From NCBI GenBank assembly GCA_965153285.1, contig OZ229121.1: DNA of 64,000 bases. The stretch is one strand, 5' to 3'. Both the position numbers and the translations under genes were made by a program. The notes under the pieces were generated by a model. The model saw only the letters and a list, made by a program, of their open reading frames with translations, did no database searches and had not been told where the DNA came from. Source of the stretch: Podarcis tiliguerta. Lineage: Eukaryota. Shown in pieces: positions 12,501 to 25,959 of the stretch; position 1 is the stretch's first letter, and every line of letters begins with the position of its first letter.

Positions 12501-15500
12501 GCTGTAAAACAAATCCAAAATGTGATTTTATATACCCATTACTAGATTTGCCTTTATGGGTCAAGCAGTGCCAGGAGTACCAAGCGGTGAAAGCCAGAAT
12601 CTTGTCCAGCAAGCAATCACACAGGTAACGTGTCCTGAAATTTGAAGTAAAGCAGATTTTCGTAAGTGGAATTGTGGTCTAAAAGCTGCTGTGCTATAAT
12701 GGATAGAGCATTCAGACAAACCTGCATCCATATCCACAGCCACTAATGTTTTCATGAGTTGAGTAAGTCTCTGGCCTGAAACGCTAGACATTTGAATTGT
12801 TGTCCTTACCTGATATGAGCAGGTGAGTTGCACTGTTACACCTTATTGCAATGATCATCTCTTTGTCAGAGGAGCTCATCATCCCACAAGGGAAGCAGGA
12901 TGTTTTCTGGACTGGGTCCATAACTATGCCACAACCTATAACCCAAACTCAGTAGCAGCAGCCTCTTGACCACATGTTGAATGTAGCACAGTTTCCCACT
13001 CCTCACAGCTTCAGAGCAACTGTAAAACAGAATTTTGTTTAACACACTCTGTTTCCCCCCCTCCCCCCCCTTTCAAGGATGGAAACCTAACACCGCAGAT
13101 GTCTAGGCCCAACCCTCCAAATTTTGGTCCTGGTTTTGTAAGTAAGTATCTAACTCTCATAAACTGATATTAGACTTTGAAGCCAACTCCATGGGCACAT
13201 ATTATATTTCAGAACACACACAGCTTATTTACAAGCCTTTTCAAAGACAATAATTGAATTATGACACAATTAACTGAAATATTCTGAGCCAGTGCATAGT
13301 AAGTTTTTGAAATGTTACAACCTACCGAACTTATAAAGTTATAAACTTATAAAAAGTAGAAAAACCAGTTGCAGAAACATCTCAGAATAATTAGCATTGC
13401 TTAGATGATAATAATATTTGAGTAATAATGACTAACCTGACATTCATTTTCATATGTATTTTATATAAACCTATTTTTAAAAGGGGGAGGGAGATTTTGT
13501 AGCCCCATTGTCAGTTTCAAAGGGGTAGCACTTGATTCCTTGGTTAGGGTAAGAAAATATTGGCCTTAAATTCTGCCTTGAAAGATGTTAATGCATACTT
13601 GCATGCTCCAGATTTTGTTGATGCTTTACTTCCTCTTTTCTTATTTTATTCAAAATAATTTATTTTTTCTCTATTACAAAAAGAGAAAGGTGTTAATACT
13701 TGGGGGGGGGGCTGATATAAAAGAAAATCCCTCCTTTTTGAAATCAGTTTGAAAACGATATTTGTGAAAGTTTGCAAAACCCATGGTAAGAAAATTCATT
13801 TGTTGTGTTTTATCCTTAGATGATTCACACAGAAAGCAATATGAAGAATGGCTACAAGAAACACAGCAGCTTCTTCAGATGCAGCAGAAATTCCTTGAAG
13901 AACAAATTGGAGCACACAGAAAATCAAAAAAGGCACTATCTGCAAAACAGCGCACTGCAAAGAAAGCTGGTCGAGAATTCCCAGAGGAAGATGCAGAGCA
14001 GCTTAAGCATGTTACTGAGCAGCAGAGTATGGTTCAAAAACAACTTGAACAGGTGAGAGTTTATCAATAACTAAATTGCAAGTGTTCCAACAGCAACAAT
14101 TTTAAAACTGGCAGAAGAGGTGGTAGCAATTTTTTATAAAGAAACAAAAGTATAAGATTCAGACCCACATAAGTATTTTTAGATTTTCACATACTTATTG
14201 TCCCCTGTCAAAGCTATCATTTTTGAACAGGTTAGAGCAGGTTGTGGTATTCCCAAAATTTAAACCTGGTCTAGTCTAACCTTTGACTTGATTTTGGGAC
14301 AAAAATGGTCTTGACTGCCCAGGTGCCTGGCCTGTGCCACAGAGCAGACAGAACAAATACAACCATGTTGTTTCTCCTGGACCTCTCAGTAACATTTGAT
14401 GCCATCATCTATAGTACTCTTCTGGATAGCCTCTCTGGAATGAACTTGAAGATATGGTGGATTGGGCCTTTTCTGGAGAGGCGGGTCCCGCAGGTGCTGC
14501 TGAAAGACTTCTGTTTCCCTGTGCTTTTAACATTCATATGGAGTCAGAGAGAGACGTTACCCAGAGGTTTGGGATGAATGTAAATAGGTAAATATGAATA
14601 CACGGGTATAGAGAAAAGCATAGCACACAGCTTTACCTTGCATTCCCATTTACTACCAGGGAGGTGGTAGAAATCCTGAGCAGGTGTCTGCAGGCAGTTC
14701 TGGAATGGCAAACAAGCTGAAACGTAATCCAGCTAGGATGGTACTGTTGACCAATAATAACATTGATCTGGCTATGACTGGAGTTGCACTCTTTCTGAAG
14801 AGTCAGGTCTGCAGTTCAGGGGTTTTCTTGAACCCACTTTAGGTGTTCATAATGGGGCTTAAATAACCACACATAGTAGGGAGAGCATGAATAAACACAG
14901 TAACTCTGTCCCCATCTCCATTGCCCTCCAGATGTTCAAGGGTAACTATCTTTAGCAGTGAAGCCTCCCTTATTTGTGGAGACTCCTACTCATTTTGGGA
15001 CCCTGATTTTCTAGTTGCCCATGAGCTGGGGGCAGGGGAAGTGGAGCTACATTAATGTAATATAGTATAATACATACCAAATTAACAGAGTTAAAGTCAA
15101 TCAAATTTATTGTGGCATAAGGTTTCATGGACTAGAGTTCACTTTATCACGGGCATGAAGTGTTAGCCTCCGTTGATAGTAGGCAAAGGTGAATACATGG
15201 GTATAGAGAAAAGCATATTAATCTATATTTCCTCTTGGCTAGCAGGGCTTGTATGTTGGGTGACGGTGCCACCTACCATACCATCCCTGCTAAGCCACAG
15301 GAAATCTACCCTTCAGGTGGGTCAGTTGTTCTGTTTCCCTTCAGCTAGCAGGGATGGTATGTTAGGTAGAGCCATAACCCAACATACCAGCCCTGCTAAG
15401 CTGAAAGAAATCTACCCAGTCGTTCTTTCCTTTGCAGCTCAAATGTAGACAATAAAAGGAAAAAGAGTGAATTTATATATCACAGAAATGAATATCAGTT

Positions 15501-18500
15501 AGCTCATTTAAAAAAAAAAAATTAAAGAAAGTTTGTAAAATGTGTCCAGTATTTTCTTAAATATTTTTTCATTGCTTATATGTATTAAGGTTCATTTTTT
15601 CACAGAAGTCTCCAGCTTAAGAAACAGAAAATGTACTTTTATGGGACATCAGTTAATAACATGCTTACATTGTAGATACGAAAGCAACAGAAAGAGCATG
15701 CAGAACTCATTGAAGAATATCGGATTAAACAGCAACAGTGTGGAATGGGACCCCATGCAATGATGCCAGGTATGCCTGCTCAGCCTGCAATGGTCACAGG
15801 AGGATCTCCACCAGCAGTGGGTCAGCAGAGTTTCCCAATGGTATCTCCACAGCTTCAGCATCAACAGCACGCCATAGTTGTTCCTGGACAACCCAATCCA
15901 CCCAGAATGCCAAGTTTGCCTGGATGGCAACCTCCCAGTGCTGCTTCAGCACACATCCCACACAATGTACCAAGAATGCAGCCACCAATGGCACAGTTGC
16001 CAGTGAATCCTGTTACTCCCACTTCTGTGTCAGCTCCTAGCTCAAATGTGCAGTCAGGGCCACCACCACGTGTAGAGTTTGATGACAACAACCCATTTAG
16101 TGAAAGCTTTCAAGAGCGTGAGCGAAAGGAGCGTTTGCGAGAGCAGCAGGAAAGGCAACGAATTCAGCTTATGCAGGAGGTGGATCGGCAGAGAGCTCTG
16201 CAGCAGAAAATGGAAATGGAACAGCACAGTACAATGGGCTCAGAATTAAATGCCAGAACTTCTTTGCCTCAAATACCGTTCTTCAATTCAGACCTACCTT
16301 GCGATTTCATGCGGCCTCCACGGCCTCTTCAGCAATCTCCACAGCATCAACAGCAGCAGATGGGACCCGTTATGCAGCAAGGACCTCTAAACTCCCCACC
16401 TCCTTCCAGCTTTCCGCAGTGTAGTGAGCGGCAGCCAGTGGGATCTTCCTCCTTTGTTCCCGATCCTCCCCCAATTCCAGATGGAAGTCCCCCTTTCCAT
16501 TCTGTCAAGCAGCCGCGTGGAAGCTTTTCACAGTACCAGGTTCGGCCTCAGTTTGCCACTGGTCTGCCTGGAGTTTCTCCTGGAACTGGCAGTGGTCCCC
16601 CCTGTGGTCAGGACGCCATGCCCCATGGAACAAACTTTCCTGGAACAAGTCAGTCTCTCATCCAGTTGTATTCTGATATCATTCCAGAGGAGAAGGGCAA
16701 AAAGAAAAGAACCAGAAAGAAGAAGAAAGAGGACGATGCTGAGTCAGTAAATACCCCATCAACCCCACATTCAGATATAACTGCACCCCCAACTCCAGTT
16801 GTTTCAGATGCTGTCTCCACCCCAACAGTTGGCACGCCTGGTGAACTTCCACGGCATCCAGGAGAATCGGAGGCAGAGGAGCTGCCAGGCTCATCCCCTC
16901 CAGATGCTGCAGAGAGTCAGTCTTCCTTAGAATTGAAAAGTCAGCTCTCCAGTACTGATTTGCCACAGAACATATTGCCTGAGCAGCCAGGCATGAACCA
17001 GGAGACAGACAAGGACAAGCCAGAGGCTTCTATGAGCATTCAGGAAATTAATCAGGAAAAGACAAGCGCTGATCAATGCCCTAGTGAGGCTGAGCCTAAG
17101 ATGGAGAATGAAAATGGCATTAAAGTGGAAGAGGAGAAAGCTACTGTGCAGCCTTCCCCTTCTTTGCAGAATCAGACACAACCTGACAGCATTCCAGCAG
17201 CAAAAGGGGAATCAGGGAATGAACTCCTCAAACACTTGCTTAAGAACAAAAAATCTGCCTCTCTTTTCAAGCAGAAAGCAGAAAGCAGCTTACAGTCAGA
17301 AGAGAGTGCTAAGGAGAGCAAATTCGTGGGGAAACGGGATCCGATGGAAGGCAGCATGGTAACCAATTTTTATTATTAACATCCAGACTTAGAGGGTATT
17401 GGAAATGATGCAGCATTGTGTATTTATTTTAATTTTTTTTTGTAAATTTAAAATAGCCCAGCCGCTAAGGATATGCCCTTTAAAAAAACAAAGGCAGTAC
17501 TGGTTGAACATGTTCCTCCTTCACAATGCTCTGTGTATGGGCTTTCACACCCCCCCCTAGAGGTCATCAAGTAAAGCAGGAAATGGAGAAGCATGATTCA
17601 AAGGCAGACTCCACAGCCTTTGAATACATAGTTGCAGCATCTCAGCCTCTATGCGTGACAAATATACAGAGCTACTCGCAAGCAACTGTTTTAGTGAATA
17701 TCCAGTTTAGATGTGAGGAGAAGCTTAAGATTGTATGGAAAATTATAAACCTCAGTTTTCCTTTGACGTGCTGGATTATGGTCCCTGAATAGATACTATC
17801 ATAAAGTAGTCATTTGTTTATATTAGATAAGGAACGGCAAAAGTTCTTGTATTTTTGATTTTAAGGTGTGTGTTTTTAACACTTGAGTCACAAACTCAAA
17901 ATAAGTTAGTTTGAGCACAGTAATAAACTAGTGGTGTTCACTGATGAAGATATTCTGCACCTTAGAAAAAATAACTATAGTCATGCTGAACACTGAATAA
18001 TATATTTTGTCAGCCAATTTAGTAATTCATAGCTAACATATCTTCCAGGGAGTCACTCTTGTACTTTCATAAACTCTTGTGCCTCCCAGAGGGAAACCTG
18101 TTGTTGTGAATTGATAATTGCACAATATTCTTGAAAACTGGATAAAACCAGTGCTTGGAAGGTTTTGCTGCCATTAGCACTCTGTTTTTGTATGTAAATA
18201 AATTATACTGATAATTTTAAAATGGCTTTTGTATTCAAACTTAAAAGCTATAATTTTTAATGACAGTGATTCTTGGTTTGACATTATTGGAATCTAAGAT
18301 CAGAGAGCTCATTTGTGTCTATGAAATATTACTGTAGAATGCTGGAGTTCTGATTTCATTAGGTGTGTATGTTTTGTCATTATTGCAGCCTGTCAAGAGA
18401 CTCTGGACATTGTTAAGCAAAACAACATGTTAACAAAAATACTAGGGCAGGGAGGAATCACATAGAAAGGGTGGCATTTCTCTAGCATGGGTGCAATTAT

Positions 18501-21339
18501 ATACTTCTAAACTTCTGTTTCTCTTCACCCTCCTAAAATCATTAATGCCACTGGTAATTGTAGTGCTTTCTTTTTTATTGTTGTTTAGCTTTTTTCTAAA
18601 AGTGAGGGGGGTGCCTGTACCTCAAAGAGTTATGATTTCTGCATGTTTTCCATATATTTATCATTTAAATTTGGGCAGTAACAAAAAAGCATTCAAACCT
18701 ATACATAAAATAGGAAGAAAAATATCTGCAACATTTGTGAGTCTCTGTACACCTTCTCCTTCAGTACTGCTTTTTAAAGAGCCAGGGTAGGATGGGTATT
18801 GCCAAAAGGAATGGGAGATGTGGAATTGATAAGCTATGTTTCAGGAGCCTGTAAGCTTGCACCTGGGACAAAGACCCCCACCAGTATTCCTGCTAGGAAC
18901 TACTGTAAGCAGAGCTACAGCAAGGCTATATGAGTATGCAGATTTAAGTGATTGTGTGACATTGGCATCCAATAGACCAGTCCTCTCCCTTTCCTCATAT
19001 CAGACCCCTTCTTGAAGGCTGAAGGGAAGCAGGCTGGATGCCTGATTAAAGAGTGCTGAGGAGATAGCAAAGATATATGGAGGCAGAAAAAGCAGGTGGT
19101 TTGGAAAGTCGCTTTAGAGTAAGCAGAAGCTAAAGTAATGAAAGGTGTAGCAATATCAGCTTGGGGCCCAGGAAATGAGGAAGGAAGGCAGTGTTTAAAG
19201 GGAGTAGCTGAGGTGACAAAGCATAAGGCAAAGGGGCAGGTGTGGCAGCAGACAGAGTTAAAGATGTGGTGAAAGCTTGGGATTTTGGAGACAAGGATGG
19301 GCAAAACCTCCTTGGAACAGGGAAGGAAAGATTTACTTGCCTCCATGCTCATTTTCATAATCGTGTTCTTACCATTTGGTGGGTGTCTTGCTTCTTATAG
19401 ATAATAAACTAATAAAGTAATGCCAAATGTATAGTAGCATTATATGTTGCTTTATACGAATACAAAACAAAATGTTAAACTAAGTGATTTGAACTGATAT
19501 ATCTTTATCATTTCCCTCCCGTCCCCCATAAGCAATCATTAGGGAATCCATTGCAGGGTACATTTGGATGTGGTAACAGCCAGCTTCAGAGGGCAGATTT
19601 AGGACATGAAATGAAAAAACAACGAAATAAACGAACTCAGAGGGCGGGTGAGAAGGCAGCACCTCGATCTAAGAAGAGGAAAAAAGAGGAAGAGGAAAAG
19701 CATGCTATTTACCCTAACACTGAAACATTTATGCAGTTAAAACAGGTGAGCACTAAAGGGGTAAAGAACTTAAAAGATATATTATGTCACTGACTATACT
19801 GAGCAAGGTGATCACATGCAGCACCATAATGTTTAGGGTTTGTTAGTATGCTTGTTTATTCACAGTAGTTGATTACCTAGAAATACACGTTTTTACATTT
19901 TTAAGTGCACTTAATCTTTGCCTACAATCCACATCTAGATTTATTGTGATGCATGATGGTGCTGACATATTTGACTTGTTGCCCCCTGCAACATAATGTC
20001 AGTGTTTTAGGGATTGCATAGGGAGTGTTGATGAAAGAATGCAGCCAGGATCATGGAGAAGAAAGCAAGGAGACTGAGAAATGGCAAAGTGAAAGACGCT
20101 TGGTAAAGGCATAGGGCTAATGCATAAAAGACGAAGAAAGTGTCTGTTGGAAGGTAGGTAAAAATAATAAGGCTTGGAGGTGAGACAGAAGAGGCAGAAC
20201 TATTGCAACTTTCCAAATCATCATGAAAACATTTTTTTTTTTTTAATTTTACGCAACAAGCTTTTAAAACAATGTGTTTGTTGTTCATTTATTATTAATA
20301 GAAGGTTGGGAAACAGTTGCAGTGCTCCACGGTTGGAGAGCCACTGTCCTGATGGTGTTAGCTTATTTTATTTGAGAGCAAAGTCTGCGAGCAAAAATGT
20401 ATTGGTAAAGCCTGCTTACCTCACAGGTAGAGTGCATGAAAGGATGTAATTCCATACCTTAACCTGAGTCAGCAGTGTGATGCAGCAGCAGAAAAGCTAA
20501 AGCAATGCGGAAGTATAGTGTCTAGATCAAGGGAGATAGTAGCACCAATCTATTCTGCCTTGGTCAGTCCCCCAGTTCTGGGCGCCACAATTTAAGAAGG
20601 ATATTGACAATCTGGAATGTGTGCAGGACAACCAAAATGATCAAGCGTCTGGGAACCAAGCCTTATGATGAGCAGTTGAAGGAGTTGGGTATGTTTAGCT
20701 TGGAGGAGACTAAAAGGAGATATGATAGTCATCTTCAGAAATCAGAAGGGCTGTCACAGGGAAGGTGGAGCAAGCTTGTTTTCTTCTCCTTTGAAGGGTA
20801 GGAGACAAATCAATGCTTGGACTACTGCAATGCGCTCTACGTGGCGGTATCTTTGAAGGTGACTCGGAAACTGCAATTAATCCAGAATGCGGCAGCCATA
20901 CTGGTGACTGGGAGTGGCTGCCAAGACCATATAATGCTGTCCCTGAGAGATCTGCATTGGCTCCCAGCACGTTTCCGAGCACAATTCAAAGTGTTGGTGC
21001 TGACCTTTAAAGCCCTAAACGGCCTTGGTCCTGTATACCTGAAGGAGCGTCTCCACCCCCATTGTTCAGCCTGGACACTGAGGTCCAGCTCCAAAGGCCT
21101 TCTGGCGGTTCCCTCATTGCGAGGTTACAGGGAACCAGGAAGAGGGCCTTCTCGGTAGTGGCGCCTGCCCTCCCATCAGATGTCAAGGCAATAAGCAGCT
21201 ATCTTACTTTTAAAAGACACCTGAAGGCAGCCCTGTTTAGGGAAGTTTTTAATGTTTAATGCTGTACTGTGTTTTTAATATTTGGTTGGGAGGCTGCCCA
21301 GAGTGGCTGGGGAAACTCAGCCAGATGGGCGGAGTATAA

Positions 21340-21388
<49 letters not shown>

Positions 21389-24300
21389 TATTATTTCAAA
21401 TTACAAGAAAAGAGATTCTGACTAAGCATTAGGAAGAACTCTGTTCAACCATGGAACGGACTACCATGGAAGGTGGTGGACTCTCCTTCATTGGAGGTTT
21501 TTAAATAGAGGTTGGATGGCAGTCTATCAGGGATTCCTGTAGCTGTGATTCCTGTATTGCAGGAAGTTGGACTAGGTGACCTTTGAGTTCCTTCCAACTC
21601 TACATTTCTGTGATTCTGTCTAAAGTCCTTTATGTAAAGTACTTGAAGGACTAACCTCAAGGCTAGTGTTCAATAAATGAGTTTTTAAAAAACCTTGGGC
21701 TTCTAATGGTCACAGTCATCTTAGTGTAATTGAGTGGAAATTTACAGTTCATTGTTGCATATTGCTAGTGAAAAATAATTACTACTCATCTTTTCCTACA
21801 GCAACTCTCTTTGCTGCCTCTAATGGAGCCGATAATTGGAGTGAGTTTTGCCCACTTTCTTCCTTATGGCAGTGGCCATCTGAATAGTGGAAATCGCCTT
21901 TTGGGAAGCTTTGGTAGTGCAACGCTTGACGGGGTATCAGATTACTATTCTCAGCTAATCTACAAGGTGTATTTTTTTTCTACATAGATTCTCCAAATGT
22001 TCTATACGAAACAAAACATTGGGATCCAGCAGTAGTTATACCACGGTGTTTCATGAGACATGCTGGATTTTAAAAGATTCCATTTTTCTTGTTCTCTCAT
22101 TGCCAACTTTATTATTGTTCTTCTTCACTGGAAAGTGGTGAGGCATATTTAAAACAGAATTCTGCTTGTGCAACGGGACTTCCCCTCCCACACTGGCAGA
22201 CATGGGGGGTGGGGGGGGGGCGCAGTTCTGATGCACAAGTGGAAGTCTACTGCCATAGTGGAACCACAGCATTGGATGTGACCCATTACTCACACTGTAA
22301 ATATTTTTTATTCTATAACTATCTTTTCAAACTGATGCAATTGTGAAAGTTGTAATCCTAACCTTTAAAGTTTCTTTTTAAACAAAATTCCCAGTGCAAT
22401 GCAAACACAAAATAATTTGAAGTCATAAAGGACTGTTAATTTGAAGGATAGTGTCTGTCCTTCCTTTCTTGTATGAATCACTCCATTTATTAGAGACAGA
22501 AAATTGCCTTAAACTGAGTCAGACCATTGGTCCATCTAGCTCAGCACTGTATACACTGAGTGGCAATGGTGCTCCAGGGTTTCAGACAGGGGACGTTCCT
22601 AGAGAGAAGATGCCATAAATTGAAATGTAAAGCAGATGCTCTACCACAGGCTTCCTCCAACTCGGCCCTCCAGATGTTTTTGGCCTACAACTCCCATGAT
22701 CCCTAGCTAGCAGGACCAGTGGTCAGGGATGATGGGAATTGTAGTCTCAAAACATCTGGAGGACCGAGTTTGAGGAAGCCTTTAGATAGGTGGTGACTGA
22801 TGAGAGGATCTCCTTGGCTATGGTGCATCAGCTTAGCACAAACAGATGAGCATGTGGGCTCCCATCGAGGGGATTGTGGTTGCAGTGCTCCCCACTGGTC
22901 CTTCTGTTGTTCTGCTACCCTGCACTGAACTAAGGCCTGGTTTTACTTAGTGTGTCATCCAAACCCAGGCTTATGGTTAAGTTTTCCTGAACCGTGAGCC
23001 ATAAACCATGGAGCAAACCTTGCTTACTGCTTGTAGTTAGTCTGGAGAGAGATAAACCACAAGCCCAGCTGCAGATGACAGGCTAAGGCCAAGCCATGGC
23101 TTAGCTCATTGCAGTGCTGCAGCAGAATGAGGGTTTTTTTGTTCTTCCCCAGCCAGTCTTCTTGCCCAGAACCCACACACATGTGTTTATGCTAAGCCGT
23201 GGTTCGGCTTAGTGTGATGGGTGAACCAAGCCAGCCACCTCAGTTCAGGCATAACTTCAAACATGACCTGCAAATTATGGCTTGCATTTGCCATGCAAAA
23301 TCAAAGTTGATCAAAGCTTGCAGTCCTGGTTTGCAGGTCAAATGCTTCGATATAATAGTAAGCTATGGTTTACCCCCAAACCCAGCAACTGAATTCTTAT
23401 TCTGAGTATATTATCCTTCCAGATTCATTCTCATAGCACCAAACCAGGTTTTGTGTTGCATCTGAACCAAGCCAGTGTGACTGGTAGATAAACAGGTGCA
23501 TTATGTATGTGCAGTTGTAAAATAAAAATTATGTTCATTCTGTTGGAGCTTTTGTACGTAAGATACATAACTTATCACGTACCAGATAAACTTGCTGAAA
23601 GCTAACTTTAAATTATTTCCTCTTTTGCAGCAGAATAACTTGAGTAACCCTCCCACTCCTCCGGCCTCCCTCCCTCCTACACCTCCACCTGTGACTTGCC
23701 AAAAAATGGTAAATGGATTTGCAACCACTGAAGAACTTGCTACAAAGGCTGGAATGCTTGGAGGGCATGATGGTAAGTTTTCACATGTATGCCAGAGTAT
23801 ACATTTTCAGTTTTCAGATTGTCTGAAAACCATTTACTTACTTTTTTCAGATTTGAAATCCACTTCACAGCAGAATGTTTTGACTTTTTGTTATCATTTC
23901 TCACAAAATTTATAGGAACAACTTTGATGAACATTTTGTGCATATTCTGTGCTTACATAATGTATACATGGCCAGTATAGATAGCTATATTGTTGGTCCT
24001 CATAAAGTGGGCATGAGCTTCCCTCATCCTTTCATTTGTATGAGAATGCTGCAGATTTTCATAACTTTGGCTACTGAATGAAAGTCTAATTAAATGTAAA
24101 ACAAAAGAAGTATAGGTTGAAGTTAGGATCCATTTTTTGATTCCCCGCCCCCTTTTATAGGTCACTGAATATTTGGGTCATTTGTTTTTTCTGTTCTTGC
24201 TGCATTTCAGTTACCAAAGCTCTGGGACCGAAGCAGTTTCAGCTGCCTTTCAGACCACAGGATGATCTGTTAGCCAGAGCCATGGCTCAGGGTCCTAAAA

Positions 24301-25908
24301 GTGTGGATGTTCCCGCTTCTCTTCCAACCCCACCTCATAACAATCATGAAGAGCTGAGGTAGATATTTTCTCTAAGTATTTTTATTTTTAGCTTTGTGTT
24401 GGGTATCTGTTATCTTAGGTGCTCCATGATGCTGCTAAATTCTAAATAACCATGTTACTCAGAAGTAAGTCCTATTGAATTCAGGTAAATTGGATCATAC
24501 ATGGCCGATGGTCATCCAACCTCTGCTTAAAAACTTCAAACAATGGAGAGTCCTCCACCTTCCAAGGGAGTCCATTCCACTGTCAAACAGCTCTTACTGT
24601 CAGAGCGTTCTTACTGAGGTTTAGTCGGAATATCCTTCCTTGTAACTTTTGGATCCATTGGATGGGTGCAGGAGAAAACAAGAAGCTTGCTCCACCCTCC
24701 ATGTGACAGTCCTTAAAATATTTGAAGATGCCTATCATATCTAAAGGGACGCGGGTGGCGCTGTGGGTAAAAGCCTCAACGCCTAGGACTTGCCGATCAA
24801 AAGGTCGGCGGTTCGAATCCCCGCGGCGGGGTGCGCTCCCGTTGTTCGGTCCCAGCGCCTGCCAACCTAGCAGTTCGAAAGCACTCTCGGGTGCAAGTAG
24901 ATAAATAGGGACCGCTTACTAGCGGGAAGGTAAACGGCGTTTCCGTGTGCGGCTCTGGCTCGCCAGAGCAGCGATGTCACGCTGGCCACGTGACCCGGAA
25001 GTGTCTCCGGACAGCGCTGGCCCCCGGCCTCTTGAGTGAGATGGGCGCACAACCCTAGAGTCTGTCAAGACTGGCCCGTACGGGCAGGGGTACCTTTACC
25101 TATCATATCTCCTCTCAGTCTCCTCTTTACCAGGCTAAACATACCCATTTCCACTTTACACATCTATATGTGAAAAACATTTCCAATTATTTTCCCTCTC
25201 AGGGTTCAGGATCCTTGTGATGACAGAGACACTCCTGACAGCTTTGTTCCTTCCTCCTCTCCCGAGAGTGTAATGGGCATGGAAATAAGCAGATACCCTG
25301 ATCTGTCAGCAGTAAAGGAAGAGATGCCCGAACCTGTTCCATCCCCCATCATTCCAATTCTACCTGCCAGTACTGGAAAAGGTATTGCCAAAATATTTTC
25401 TAGATGTTTCTACTAATTTCCCCACCGGCATGTTCATGTGCCTCCATTCCATGCGTGTTTAATTTTGTATCTCTCCCTTTAACTGAAGGTTCAGAAGAAA
25501 AAAGGAATTATATCAAAACAGAGCCTGGTTCTGGCTTCTTTGGCTCTCAGCTTGGTCCTTCTCAAAATGGTCCAAAATCTGGCCTTGTATCCATAGCAAT
25601 TACTTTACATCCCACAGCTGCAGAGGTAAGGAAAGTTCCAGTGAGCTGCATGTATCTGTGACAATGTTGTGCCCCATGTCCTGCAGACGTTATGGCTATT
25701 TTATTTGTGTTGCAGTACAACAGTTGTTGTAAACTCTGGTTATTGGTTTCAGTGCCATTTCTTTAAATTGTAAATCTGCACCGAAATACTTCCCACAAAC
25801 AGTTTTTCGAAGAAAAAGACACTTACTTAGATTGCGGAGGTCTGGGTTCACAAATTCCCAATTTCCTTGTTTTATCACATGCTCTTTGAAGCAGCTGCTT
25901 TCCTTGAT

Positions 25909-25959
<51 letters not shown>

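Noticed and set aside
18330-18415. Short AG...GT cassettes in the KMT2C intron 17359-19532
   Set aside because: No peptide recognition or other support; such motifs are common by chance.
20817-21158. 113-aa ORF
   Set aside because: C-terminal remnant of an L2 ORF2, 5'-truncated; not a host gene.
22930-23480. Cluster of short AAACCATGG/GCTTAG palindromic motifs
   Set aside because: Probably decayed MITEs, but boundaries and TSDs could not be defined.
24760-24825. tRNA-like A/B boxes (also ~44570-44640 on -)
   Set aside because: These are SINE heads, not complete tRNA cloverleaves.
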